Positions 8,547-18,091 of a stretch of DNA of 32,000 nucleotides are shown one piece after another. This DNA comes from Nocardia brasiliensis ATCC 700358 (GTDB taxonomy: Bacteria > Actinomycetota > Actinomycetes > Mycobacteriales > Mycobacteriaceae), in NCBI RefSeq assembly GCF_000250675.2, contig NC_018681.1:4897031-4929030 (forward strand), in the 5' to 3' direction. The position numbers and the translations under genes were made by a program. The notes under the pieces are model-generated. The model ran no database searches. It was not told the DNA's origin and saw nothing but the letters and a program-made list of their open reading frames with translations. Every line of letters starts with the position of its first letter. The stretch's first letter is position 1.

Positions 8547-9992
8547 TTATTCGCTCGAATCACGAACCGGCAGACCGTATATCCGCTGCTCGAACTCGGC
8601 TCGATCGGCGGCCCGGAAGCGGCCTCGGTAGTCCAGACCGCGTTCCACCGAGACCCAGCGCACCAGCGAGTGCAGCGGACGCATCTCGTCGTGCACGAAC
8701 CCGGGGCGGGGCCTGCTCATCAAGCCCACCTCGGTGACGCGCGAGGCGCCGGCCAGGGTGAGTGCGCGCCCGAGCTGCTTGCCGCGGTGCCACGGATACA
8801 CGGCGACGGTCTGCGTGTCTCGGTGCACCGCCGCCACGGCGTCCGCCAGCCGCGCGACAGAATAGACGTAGGCGGTCCGGCCCAGCGGGTGTTCCAGTTC
8901 CGGTGTCTCCCCCGGCGGGACAGTCACCACCGTCCAGTCGGACCCGGCGCTCTGCCGGACCCGGTACCCGTCGAACCGGGCCTCCTGTCGCGCCCGGGTG
9001 ATGTGCGCCTGTGCGTCCACGGTCCGAAAACCGCACGGAAGCCGTTGCGCCACATGCTCGAGCCCGCGCACGAGACCGGCGGCGAAGACGTCGCCGTCGC
9101 CTTCCACAAAGATCCGCTGCGGACTGAAGCAGGCCTCCTGCTCATAGACGCTCAGGTCGTACGCCGCGCGCACCGCGACGTCCGCCCAGCCGCCGTCGTC
9201 GGCACCGATCAAGATGATGCTCTCTTTCGGGCCGAACTCCACCAGCTCGGTCCCGACCGGGATCCGCGGCTTGATCGCCGCGATCGAGGAGTGTTTTCCC
9301 CACGCGCACACCACATCCGAAGCGTCGATGAAATCCTGCTCCACCGGATCACCGCCGGGCCAATAGAGTACGGAGAGCGCGCGGGTGAGCGGATGCCAGG
9401 GATCGACGTCGGCGAAGGTGCGGGCGAAGGCGAGCGTCGAGACCAGATCGCGGCGCGGCAGTTTCGCGACGGTCACGTTCTTCGTGAGCAACCCGCGAAT
9501 CACCGTGAACAACCCGGCCAGCGGAACATTGCCGACCATCAAATGCAGTACGCGCCCTTTGGGCAACGCCCGCAGGAAGATCGACTGCTTGGGCAGCCAA
9601 TCATCGAGCAGCAGCGGATTGTCCAGGTCTGTCTCGACGATGTCATAGAGCTTGGCCCGAGCGCAGGCGCGCGCGATCCGCGTGTAGTCGTCCTCGATCA
9701 TCGTCTCGTGGTAGCCGGTGATCCGTGCCGCCAGCGCGACGGCGTCGCGGCGGCCGGGGTAGCCGGGATCGCCCCACAACCGGCCGACCCGCTCGAGGAA
9801 AACCGTGATCTCGTCCAGGTGCAGCTCGGCGAGCGCATCTCGTTGCGTCTTCAGCACGTCCCGGACCAGTTCGGCGGTCGGCCGGGGAATCGTGATCCGC
9901 CAACCCGATTCGTAGGTGACTACGAGCGGTTCGACCCCGCTGTCGGCCACCGTCTCGCCGTTCACGAGAATCGGCAACGCTACCTCGTGCAT
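8547..9992 (-). CDS. luxC-like: LuxC-like acyl-CoA / acyl-enzyme reductase
   Basis: GRVLHLMVGNVPLAGLFTVIRGLLTKNVTVAKLPRRD and active-site context YDLSVYEQEACFSPQRIFVEG (catalytic Cys of LuxC family). Start assigned to MHEVALPILVNGE at 9992. Confidence 0.88.
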   Translation of the reverse strand: MHEVALPILVNGETVADSGVEPLVVTYESGWRITIPRPTAELVRDVLKTQRDALAELHLDEITVFLERVGRLWGDPGYPGRRDAVALAARITGYHETMIEDDYTRIARACARAKLYDIVETDLDNPLLLDDWLPKQSIFLRALPKGRVLHLMVGNVPLAGLFTVIRGLLTKNVTVAKLPRRDLVSTLAFARTFADVDPWHPLTRALSVLYWPGGDPVEQDFIDASDVVCAWGKHSSIAAIKPRIPVGTELVEFGPKESIILIGADDGGWADVAVRAAYDLSVYEQEACFSPQRIFVEGDGDVFAAGLVRGLEHVAQRLPCGFRTVDAQAHITRARQEARFDGYRVRQSAGSDWTVVTVPPGETPELEHPLGRTAYVYSVARLADAVAAVHRDTQTVAVYPWHRGKQLGRALTLAGASRVTEVGLMSRPRPGFVHDEMRPLHSLVRWVSVERGLDYRGRFRAADRAEFEQRIYGLPVRDSSE

Positions 9993-11290
9993 CCGGCACT
10001 CCCGGCCTGTTCGCTCGGCAGCAGCTCCAGCACACCGCCCGCGCGGAAGGTCTCCTGCACGACGAGCCGCACCCACTGGGCGTACCGAATCACGTGGCGT
10101 AGGTTGTCCACCGCGAAGCGGCGCTCGGGATCATGCGACAGCCGGACCACCCGGAAGTCACCCATCATCGGCGGCAGTGTGTGTTCGGCGCGGTCACGGT
10201 GGTAACTCACTTCGAACGCCGAACGGCCGCCGGTCGAGCACCCGACGGTCTGATGACCGCGGTAGTGGGTGTCCTCGTTGAAAAAGATCATGTTGTCGGC
10301 GGCCTTCTCGACCCATTCGCCGCGCAGGCAACCGTCGCCGAAATAGTTCACCACCGCTTTGCGCTTCAGCTTGATCATCCGGGCCCGCAATGTCGCACGC
10401 AGGCGCTGCTCCGACTCGTGCCCCAGTTGCTCGGCGAAGCGGGCCAGGGCCAGGCCCTCATCGATCACCGTATGCGTGAAGAACTGGTCGGACGCGTCCA
10501 GCTCGCCGGGGCGGTCGAGCAGCACCCCGCGCACGCAGGTGACCGTCACATGATCGACCGCGAGGGCGCGATCGCGCACCGCGCACCGCATCAGCGCCTC
10601 GACCAGCTCCTTGGATTGCCCACGGGCGGTGAGGCATTGCCTGGTGGCCGCGGGCAGCCAGCGCGCGGCCACGCGCGTGTCGGGCAGGCCGGGTGCGATT
10701 TCGGTCAGCCCCTCGACCACCTGGCCGGGCAGTTCGGTCCAACTCACCTGCGCGCGGGCGAGCAGACCCTCTGTGCGATGCCATTTCGCACCGTCGATCA
10801 CGGAATACCTGAAGTAGTCCCGTTCGACGTGTTCCCTGACCATCCGGGTGCGATCGGCGAGTTCCAGGAGGGGCAGGTGATCCAGTGTCCTCGGCTGGCC
10901 GATCGACAGCAGGTAACCGCCCAGCCGTTGCGCCAGCACCGCACGCACCGCACGCAGCGAGAATTCACCGTCGAGTTGTTCGAGACCGATTCCGGCGCGT
11001 CGCAGCACGGCCAGCCCGAGGACGAGTTCCGCGTCGGCCTCGGTCCACGTTCCGTACGGACGTGCCTCGACCACGGTCAGCGCGTCCCGGAATTCCTTTC
11101 GGCCGTGCCAGGTCCCGTCGAAACGCAGCCAGTGATGCCTGCTGAAGATCAACGTGGCGCCCGCGGCCCGGATCAGCTCCCGCACCGAGTCCGCGGCATC
11201 GTCTGCGGCACAACGGGACAACAGTCCGGTGACGTCATCCAGCGCCGACGTGCTCGTCGGTATGGTCTCGATCGACACGATCGGCTCCAA
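9980..11290 (-). CDS. Conserved-looking protein of unknown family; first gene of the leftward operon
   Basis: 436-aa ORF (TTG 11290 or GTG 11278 start), overlaps luxC-like start; no family I can name. Confidence 0.65.
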   Translation of the reverse strand: MEPIVSIETIPTSTSALDDVTGLLSRCAADDAADSVRELIRAAGATLIFSRHHWLRFDGTWHGRKEFRDALTVVEARPYGTWTEADAELVLGLAVLRRAGIGLEQLDGEFSLRAVRAVLAQRLGGYLLSIGQPRTLDHLPLLELADRTRMVREHVERDYFRYSVIDGAKWHRTEGLLARAQVSWTELPGQVVEGLTEIAPGLPDTRVAARWLPAATRQCLTARGQSKELVEALMRCAVRDRALAVDHVTVTCVRGVLLDRPGELDASDQFFTHTVIDEGLALARFAEQLGHESEQRLRATLRARMIKLKRKAVVNYFGDGCLRGEWVEKAADNMIFFNEDTHYRGHQTVGCSTGGRSAFEVSYHRDRAEHTLPPMMGDFRVVRLSHDPERRFAVDNLRHVIRYAQWVRLVVQETFRAGGVLELLPSEQAGSAGCTR

Positions 11291-11376
11291 TCAGAGGTAC
11301 GCGGTGCGTACGGGAATTGCTGGGGAGCACTGCGCCGAAACTATCACCGAATTTTCACTGACGCGATAACCCGAAA

Positions 11377-11395
11377 GTCACATCGAGTATGTGAC
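11377..11395. promoter_or_regulatory. Perfect 7-bp inverted repeat (GTCACAT-cgagt-ATGTGAC) between the divergent operons; candidate operator
   Basis: Direct reading of gtcacatcgagtatgtgac in the 11291-11573 intergenic region. Confidence 0.4.
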
Positions 11396-11573
11396 CGATG
11401 ACTCGGCGAATACCGCGCCGTCGTACGAATGACGTTACCCGGCGCGCGTTTTCGAATATCGAATCGCGGTAAGTGTGCCGAACGGAGCATTGACAGCGCC
11501 TGCGGAATTCCCGTTTGGTGGACAGGGAGCACGAACTGGCCGAGAAACTCTGGCACGAGGAGCCCTGGGAACA

Positions 11574-11795
11574 ATGCGAGTGTGGATCGAACGCGCGCTC
11601 TGCCAAGGTGCGGAGCTGTGCTGCGAACATGCCGCGGCGGTGTTCGCGACGGACGACGAATATGTGGCGTACGTGAAGGCGGACGTCGGCGCCGACTGCG
11701 CGCACAAGGCGCTGCTCGTGCCCGGCGAACACGAGGAACAGGTGCGCCGCGCCGAGGCAGAATGCCCGTCACGCTGCATCAACATCATCGACTGA
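11574..11795 (+). CDS. Small ferredoxin, 3Fe-4S (P450-partner-like) type
   Basis: MRVWIERALCQGAELCCEHAAAVFATDDEYVAYVK...AEAECPSRCINI; C-x5-C ... CP pattern. ATG at 11574 chosen over the longer ORF start at 11475. Confidence 0.75.
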   Translation: MRVWIERALCQGAELCCEHAAAVFATDDEYVAYVKADVGADCAHKALLVPGEHEEQVRRAEAECPSRCINIID

Positions 11796-11819
11796 CCGGG
11801 CGCCGGCCGAGGACAGACC

Positions 11820-12953
11820 ATGACAACGCACGCCAAGGTCACCGTCATAGACTCCATTCGGGCGATCGATGACCTGATCCATCAGCGCGACGATGCTTTC
11901 ACGCTCGCCGGGGCCGAGCTCAATGAACTCCGCGACGAATTGATGCGCGCCGCGGTCCGCCACCATTGGCAGCACTGCGCGTCCTACCGGCGCTATGCCG
12001 AAGCCAACGAATGGTCGCTTTCCCGGCTGGACCTGCCCGGTTTCATCGAATCGTTGCCGCTGATACCGGCCTCGGTGTTCAAGCGTCACGACGTTTCGAG
12101 CTGTGCGCCCGAAAAGGTGGTGCAGGTCTGCACCAGCAGCGGTACCCGGGGTACGAAAAGCCGGATATATCGCGACGGAACCACCCTGGAACGTTTTGTC
12201 GGCAGCATCGATCAGGGCAGCCGGCTCGCGCTACCGAATCCCGACATCGAACGGCAGCTGTTCGTACTGGGGCCGGACACCGGCGAGGCCGGCGATCTCT
12301 GGTTCTCCTACGTACTGAGCATCGTGGATCTGCTGCATCCCACCCGATTCTTCGTCACCGCGGGCATTTTCCGGATCGACGAGGTGATCGACGCGTTGCT
12401 CGACGAGTCGGTCGAGCGGCCGGTGGTGATCGGACCACCGGTCCTGGTGCGGGATCTCGCAACAGCGCTGCGCGAACGCGGCATCGATCCCGGCCTCGGT
12501 GCGCGCAATGGTCTCGTCATCACCGCGGGCGGCTGGAAGCGCGCGAACGCGACGGCGATGTCCCGGCGGGACTTCGAGGAATTCGTCACGGCCGCTTTCG
12601 GTTTGGCCGGCGACGCGCCGATCCGCGACTGCTACAACGCGGTCGAGCTGAACACCGTGCTGTTCGAATGCCGGTTCCGGGCCAAACACGTGCCCGCATG
12701 GCTGCATACGAGTGCGCGGGATCCGGCGACAATGCGGCCGCTGCCGCCTGGCGAGGTGGGCGTGCTCGCGTTCTGCGACGCCTCCCCCACCAGCTATCCG
12801 GGATTCGTGGCGACCGATGATCTGGGCTCGGTGTCGCGCGAGGGAAGTTGCCCGTGCGGCAACGACTCCGCGGTGCTCACCGTGGTGCGCCGCATCGCGA
12901 CGGCCGAAACTCGCGGCTGCGCCCTACGACTCGACGCCGAGGTCATCCGATGA
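11820..12953 (+). CDS. luxE-like: LuxE-like acyl-protein synthetase / acyl-activating enzyme
   Basis: LPLIPASVFKRHDVSSC...VVQVCTSSGTRGTKSRIYRD (TSSGTxG), LYFSYVLS-like and VVIGPPVLV...ITAGGWKR motifs of the LuxE family. Confidence 0.85.
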   Translation: MTTHAKVTVIDSIRAIDDLIHQRDDAFTLAGAELNELRDELMRAAVRHHWQHCASYRRYAEANEWSLSRLDLPGFIESLPLIPASVFKRHDVSSCAPEKVVQVCTSSGTRGTKSRIYRDGTTLERFVGSIDQGSRLALPNPDIERQLFVLGPDTGEAGDLWFSYVLSIVDLLHPTRFFVTAGIFRIDEVIDALLDESVERPVVIGPPVLVRDLATALRERGIDPGLGARNGLVITAGGWKRANATAMSRRDFEEFVTAAFGLAGDAPIRDCYNAVELNTVLFECRFRAKHVPAWLHTSARDPATMRPLPPGEVGVLAFCDASPTSYPGFVATDDLGSVSREGSCPCGNDSAVLTVVRRIATAETRGCALRLDAEVIR

Positions 12954-13957
12954 CGACTGCACCAGTAGGACAACGCCGTTCGACCACTCCGGTGACCGTC
13001 CGGTCGGAGCGGTTCGAACTGCCCACGCCCCGCGGCATGTTGCGTGGCCTGCGCCAATACCAGCCCGACAACCACGATCCGGTCGGCCGCGTCATCGTGG
13101 CGCCGCCGTTCGGCACGGTGATGCGGCGCGGCCGTGGCATCGCCCTCTACTTTCTCCTCAACGGGTTCGACGTCATTCGCTACGACCCCACCAATCATGT
13201 GGGCGAAAGCGACGGAACTATCCGGGAATTGACCCCCGATGCCCTCGCCGCGGATCTGGCGCTGGTGCACGACTGGGTCGCGACCTCCGGCCCGCGCCGC
13301 GGGCCCGCCGCCCTGTTCACCGCGAGTATCGCCTCGCGCATCGCATTCGCGACGGCCGCGCGGTCGGGTCGGCGTCCGGTCGCGATCGGCGCCATCTCCG
13401 CTGTGGTCGACATGCAGGCCACCATCGCGGCGGCCAACGACCAGGACTTCATCGGGCAGTGGCTGCGCGGCGAGCAGACCGATCCCGACCGCACCGCGCT
13501 CGTCCTCGACCACGAGGTGAAATGGCGGTTCGTGCAGCGGTTGGTCGAATTGGGCTGGCACACCACCGAGTCCACCCGCGTCGATATCCGATCGATCGGG
13601 TCTGTGCCGATTCTGGCGGTCCAGGGCAGCCGCGACTCCTGGGTCGATCTGCGCGCCGTGGCGGATGCCTTCCGCGACCACGCGTCGGCCGACATCGTCG
13701 TGCTGTCCGATGCCACGCACGAACTCAACACCGCGAGTGCCCGCACGGCGCTCGCCGAACTGGTTCGCTTCTTCCGGCCCGCGCCCGCGACCGGCGATCC
13801 CGTCCTCGCCCCGACCTTCGCGCACGTCGTCGCGCAGAACAAGGGCGAGCGACAGATCGACCGGTCGCAGCCGGACGGTTTCGCCGTGGAAGTCACCCAT
13901 TGCGCACCGTTCGACTACGACTTGGGCCCGGGTGCCTCTTCGGCCCCCACCACGTGA
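12950..13957 (+). CDS. luxD-like: LuxD-like acyl transferase / alpha-beta hydrolase
   Basis: VIVAPPFGTVMRRGRGIALYFLLNGFDVIRYDPTNHVGESDG, nucleophile context LFTASIASRIAFATAA (cf. LuxD ASLSAR), ATHELN near the C-terminus; 4-bp overlap (ATGA) with luxE-like. Confidence 0.82.
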   Translation: MTTAPVGQRRSTTPVTVRSERFELPTPRGMLRGLRQYQPDNHDPVGRVIVAPPFGTVMRRGRGIALYFLLNGFDVIRYDPTNHVGESDGTIRELTPDALAADLALVHDWVATSGPRRGPAALFTASIASRIAFATAARSGRRPVAIGAISAVVDMQATIAAANDQDFIGQWLRGEQTDPDRTALVLDHEVKWRFVQRLVELGWHTTESTRVDIRSIGSVPILAVQGSRDSWVDLRAVADAFRDHASADIVVLSDATHELNTASARTALAELVRFFRPAPATGDPVLAPTFAHVVAQNKGERQIDRSQPDGFAVEVTHCAPFDYDLGPGASSAPTT

Positions 13958-15345
13958 TCGGCCGCGCCGGTACCGTCGTGGGTTGCCGCGGCGCCGTTGT
14001 CCGACGTCGCCGCAGCATGATTCGACGCCGTGGCGAGCAGCGGCGGACGCGGCGTTCGCGGGAACGCGTAGTCCAGCCACATGCCGGCCAGCGAGGACGT
14101 CACAATGGAGAGCACCACGATGCTGGTGAAGAATTCCTCGTTGATGAGACCCGCGGACAAGGTGACGGTGGCCAGCACGATTCCCGGGCCACCACGTGCG
14201 TTCAGCGCGACGGCGAAATTCTTGGCGTGCCGGTTCGATTCGCCCACCGCGCGCGCGGCGGCCCAGATGCTGAGCCCCTTGACCGCGGTTGCCGTCAGCA
14301 AGAAGGCGGCGAAGAACACGAGGTCGAAATTGCGTGCCAGATCGAGTTGCATGCCCACCCCGGCGAAGTAGATCGGGATGAAGAACGCCAGCGAGAAGTC
14401 CTTGATCGTATCCCATGCGCCTGCGCCCGGCGTCGACTCTCCGTCTTGATTACTTTGCGGCGCAATGACATCGGAGGAAGCGATGCCGGCCAGCAGTGCG
14501 CCGAAGATGGCGTTGATCCCGAGGAATACACACGAAAGGACCAGCGCGAGTGCGAATACCAGCCGGAACGCGATCGGGTTCGCCTTCTCCATCAGATTCG
14601 CCTTGCTCGCGGCCAGCCGGTTGAACAACCACTTGCCGGCCAGCAGCAGCGCCGTGATGAAGACCAGGCTGACGATCACCTGATACGCCATCGCACCCGT
14701 ACCGTGTAGCTGCAGCAGTGAGCCGAGCCCGAACGTCTTCTGGTCGCCCTGGACCAGGCTGAACGTCACGGCGAGCGCCACATACAGCACGACGTCCTCG
14801 AGCAGCGCCACCGCCAGGACGACCCGGGCGAAGCTGGTGTTGAGCAACCCGAGGTCGAGCATTATTCGCGAAATGACCGGAATGCTGGTGACCGCGAAGG
14901 CGATTCCGAAGATGAGGGCGAAGGTGGCGTCGGTCCCGTGCGGGCCGGAGTAGTCGGCGTGGTCGAGCGCGAGGGCCACCCCGACCCCGAGCACCATCGG
15001 AATCACCAGCCCGGCCGCGGCCAGCGCCGCCACGGTGCGCTGCTTGCCCGGATTGCGATAGGTCATGACCTCTCGCCCGGCCAGGAACATCAGCAGCAGC
15101 AGTCCGAACTCATTGAGCATCTGGATTCCGGCGTGGACGACGCCGTCGGCGGGGAACAGTTGGCTCGCCACACCCGGCGCCACCTGCCCGAACACCGTGG
15201 GCCCGAGGAACAGTCCACCGAGGATCTCTCCGATCACCGGCGGCTGGCGCAGTTTCGCACAGATCTGCGCACCGAGATGGGCGGCGACGAGGATGATGAT
15301 CAGTGCGATGAACAGACTGGCGAAATCGCCACGGGACAGCGACAT
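13915..15345 (-). CDS. flH-like: Cation:proton antiporter, CPA2 family (FlH-like)
   Basis: Multiple hydrophobic segments, QPPVIGEILGGLFLGPTVFG, FGIAFAVTSIPVISRIMLDLGL; sits beside the fluorinase. Start assigned to MSLSRGDFASL at 15345 with upstream AAGGAGG. Confidence 0.88.
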   Translation of the reverse strand: MSLSRGDFASLFIALIIILVAAHLGAQICAKLRQPPVIGEILGGLFLGPTVFGQVAPGVASQLFPADGVVHAGIQMLNEFGLLLLMFLAGREVMTYRNPGKQRTVAALAAAGLVIPMVLGVGVALALDHADYSGPHGTDATFALIFGIAFAVTSIPVISRIMLDLGLLNTSFARVVLAVALLEDVVLYVALAVTFSLVQGDQKTFGLGSLLQLHGTGAMAYQVIVSLVFITALLLAGKWLFNRLAASKANLMEKANPIAFRLVFALALVLSCVFLGINAIFGALLAGIASSDVIAPQSNQDGESTPGAGAWDTIKDFSLAFFIPIYFAGVGMQLDLARNFDLVFFAAFLLTATAVKGLSIWAAARAVGESNRHAKNFAVALNARGGPGIVLATVTLSAGLINEEFFTSIVVLSIVTSSLAGMWLDYAFPRTPRPPLLATASNHAAATSDNGAAATHDGTGAADHVVGAEEAPGPKS

Positions 15346-15415
15346 TTGACCCTCCTTGCAGGCCGATGCCGGCGGCCTGCCGGAACTCGCCCGGCCGGCC
15401 GCCGACAGTGCTGGA

Positions 15416-16336
<921 letters not shown>

Positions 16337-16406
16337 TTACTGTGCGGTGAATTCCGCCACCTCCACGGGCGGAAATCTCGATGCCCGGTAGCCGCCCGGG
16401 CGGGCG

Positions 16407-17861
16407 TCAGTAGCGGTACTGCTCCGATTTGTACGGGCCTTCGATCGGAATATCGAGATAGTCCGACTGCCGCGGTGTCAATGTCGAGAGCCGGGCGCCT
16501 AGAGCGGGCAGATGCAAACGCGCGACCATTTCGTCCAGTCGCTTCGGCAGCGTGTACACGCCCACCGGGTATTGCGCCGACTTGGTGAACAGTTCGATCT
16601 GCGCGAGCACCTGATTCGCGAAACTGTTGCTCATGACGAACGACGGGTGGCCGGTGGCGTTACCGAGATTGAGCAGCCTGCCCTCCGACAGGACGAGCAC
16701 GGCATGACCGTCCGGGAAGACCCACTTGTCGACCTGTGGCTTGATGTTCTCCTTACGGACACCCGCGATCCGAGCCAGGCCCGCCATATCTATCTCATTG
16801 TCGAAGTGGCCGATATTGCCGACGATCGCCTGATGCTTCATGGCCGAGAGATGGCCGGCCGTGATCACGTCCACATTCCCGGTGGCGGTGACGAAGATGT
16901 CGGCGAACCCGACCACATCGTCGAGCGTGGCCACCTGGAAGCCGTCCATCACGGCCTGCAGGGCGCAGATCGGGTCGATCTCCACCACCACGACGCGGGC
17001 GCCCTGCCCGTGCAGCGCCTCTGCGCAACCCTTGCCCACGTCCCCGTAACCGCAGACGACAGCGACCTTTCCGCCGATCAGCACGTCCGTCCCCCGATTG
17101 ATGCCGTCTATCAGCGAGTGCCTGATGCCGTACCGGTTGTCGAACTTCGACTTGGTGACGGAATCGTTGACGTTGACCGCGGGGAACAGCAGCGCACCGC
17201 TGTTGGCCATCTGATAAAGCCGGTGGACACCTGTCGTGGTCTCCTCGGTGACACCGCGAATGCCCGCGGCCAAGTCGGTCCACTTGCGCGGGTGGGCAGC
17301 CAGCGAGGCCCGGAGCAACGCGTCGATCACCTCGTCGTCGGCCGACCGCTCGGCGCCGGGATCCGGTACGGCGCCCAACTTTTCGGCCTCTACCGCCCGA
17401 TGCACCAGCATCGTGGCGTCACCACCGTCGTCGAGCAGCATGTTCGGACCCGCGCCGTCGGGCCAATCGAGCATCTGCCCGGTGGCCCACCAGTACTCGT
17501 CGAGCGTTTCGCCTTTCCAGGCGAAGACCGGGACCCCCTGTGGGGCCTCGACGGTGCCGGACGGCCCGACGACGGTGGCGGCGGCGGCATGATCCTGCGT
17601 CGAGAGAATATTGCAGCTCGCCCAGCGCACCCGGGCGCCGAGCGCCGTCAGGGTTTCGATCAGCACGGCGGTCTGCACGGTCATGTGCAACGAACCGGAA
17701 ATACGGGCACCGGTCAGCGGTTTGTTGTTCGCATACTGTTCGCGCAGAGCCATGAGGCCCGGCATCTCGTGCTCGGCGAGTTCGATTTCCTGGCGCCCGA
17801 AATGGGCAAGTGATAGATCGGCGACCCGATAAGAGAATTCAGTTGTCACGGCCAACTCCAT
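16407..17861 (-). CDS. ahcY: S-adenosyl-L-homocysteine hydrolase (FlI-like by position)
   Basis: [85 protein letters not shown]-terminal YKSEQYRY. Start chosen at 17861 ([11 protein letters not shown]). Confidence 0.96.
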   Translation of the reverse strand: MELAVTTEFSYRVADLSLAHFGRQEIELAEHEMPGLMALREQYANNKPLTGARISGSLHMTVQTAVLIETLTALGARVRWASCNILSTQDHAAAATVVGPSGTVEAPQGVPVFAWKGETLDEYWWATGQMLDWPDGAGPNMLLDDGGDATMLVHRAVEAEKLGAVPDPGAERSADDEVIDALLRASLAAHPRKWTDLAAGIRGVTEETTTGVHRLYQMANSGALLFPAVNVNDSVTKSKFDNRYGIRHSLIDGINRGTDVLIGGKVAVVCGYGDVGKGCAEALHGQGARVVVVEIDPICALQAVMDGFQVATLDDVVGFADIFVTATGNVDVITAGHLSAMKHQAIVGNIGHFDNEIDMAGLARIAGVRKENIKPQVDKWVFPDGHAVLVLSEGRLLNLGNATGHPSFVMSNSFANQVLAQIELFTKSAQYPVGVYTLPKRLDEMVARLHLPALGARLSTLTPRQSDYLDIPIEGPYKSEQYRY

Positions 17862-18091
17862 AAATGCTCGACCACTGTCCGTACTGACGATAGGGCGACG
17901 TACCGCCCAATACAACGCAGATCAGCGGGGTAAGCAGAAAATACGACGGCAAGCAATTGGTGACACACCGTAATGTGTAGCAATTTGCGCCGATCGGTAC
18001 ATCGCGGGCCGGATCGGACCGCCGATATCCTGAAGATCGTTGTCAGACAGTAAAGTCGCGCCGAAATGCGGCGAACTCCGGGACGGATACC

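Noticed and set aside
8670-10205. 511-aa plus-strand ORF
   Set aside because: Antisense to the luxC-like gene, with no recognisable motifs.
5141-13957. True bioluminescence operon
   Set aside because: No LuxB or LuxG/Fre-like gene. The LuxA-like protein lacks the reactive Cys, and extra biosynthetic genes are interleaved, so a light-producing function is unlikely without experimental evidence.
12712-14709. 665-aa plus-strand and 540-aa minus-strand (12794-14416) overlapping ORFs
   Set aside because: Both shadow luxD-like and the antiporter in the wrong frames. The genuine frames carry clear LuxD and CPA2 features.
16512-17813. 433-aa plus-strand ORF
   Set aside because: Antisense of the unmistakable SAH hydrolase.
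17862-18091. Possible SAH riboswitch before ahcY or fluoride (crcB) riboswitch before the cluster genes
   Set aside because: I looked for the characteristic conserved cores in the divergent leader and did not see them by eye. A covariance-model search (Infernal/Rfam) would be decisive.
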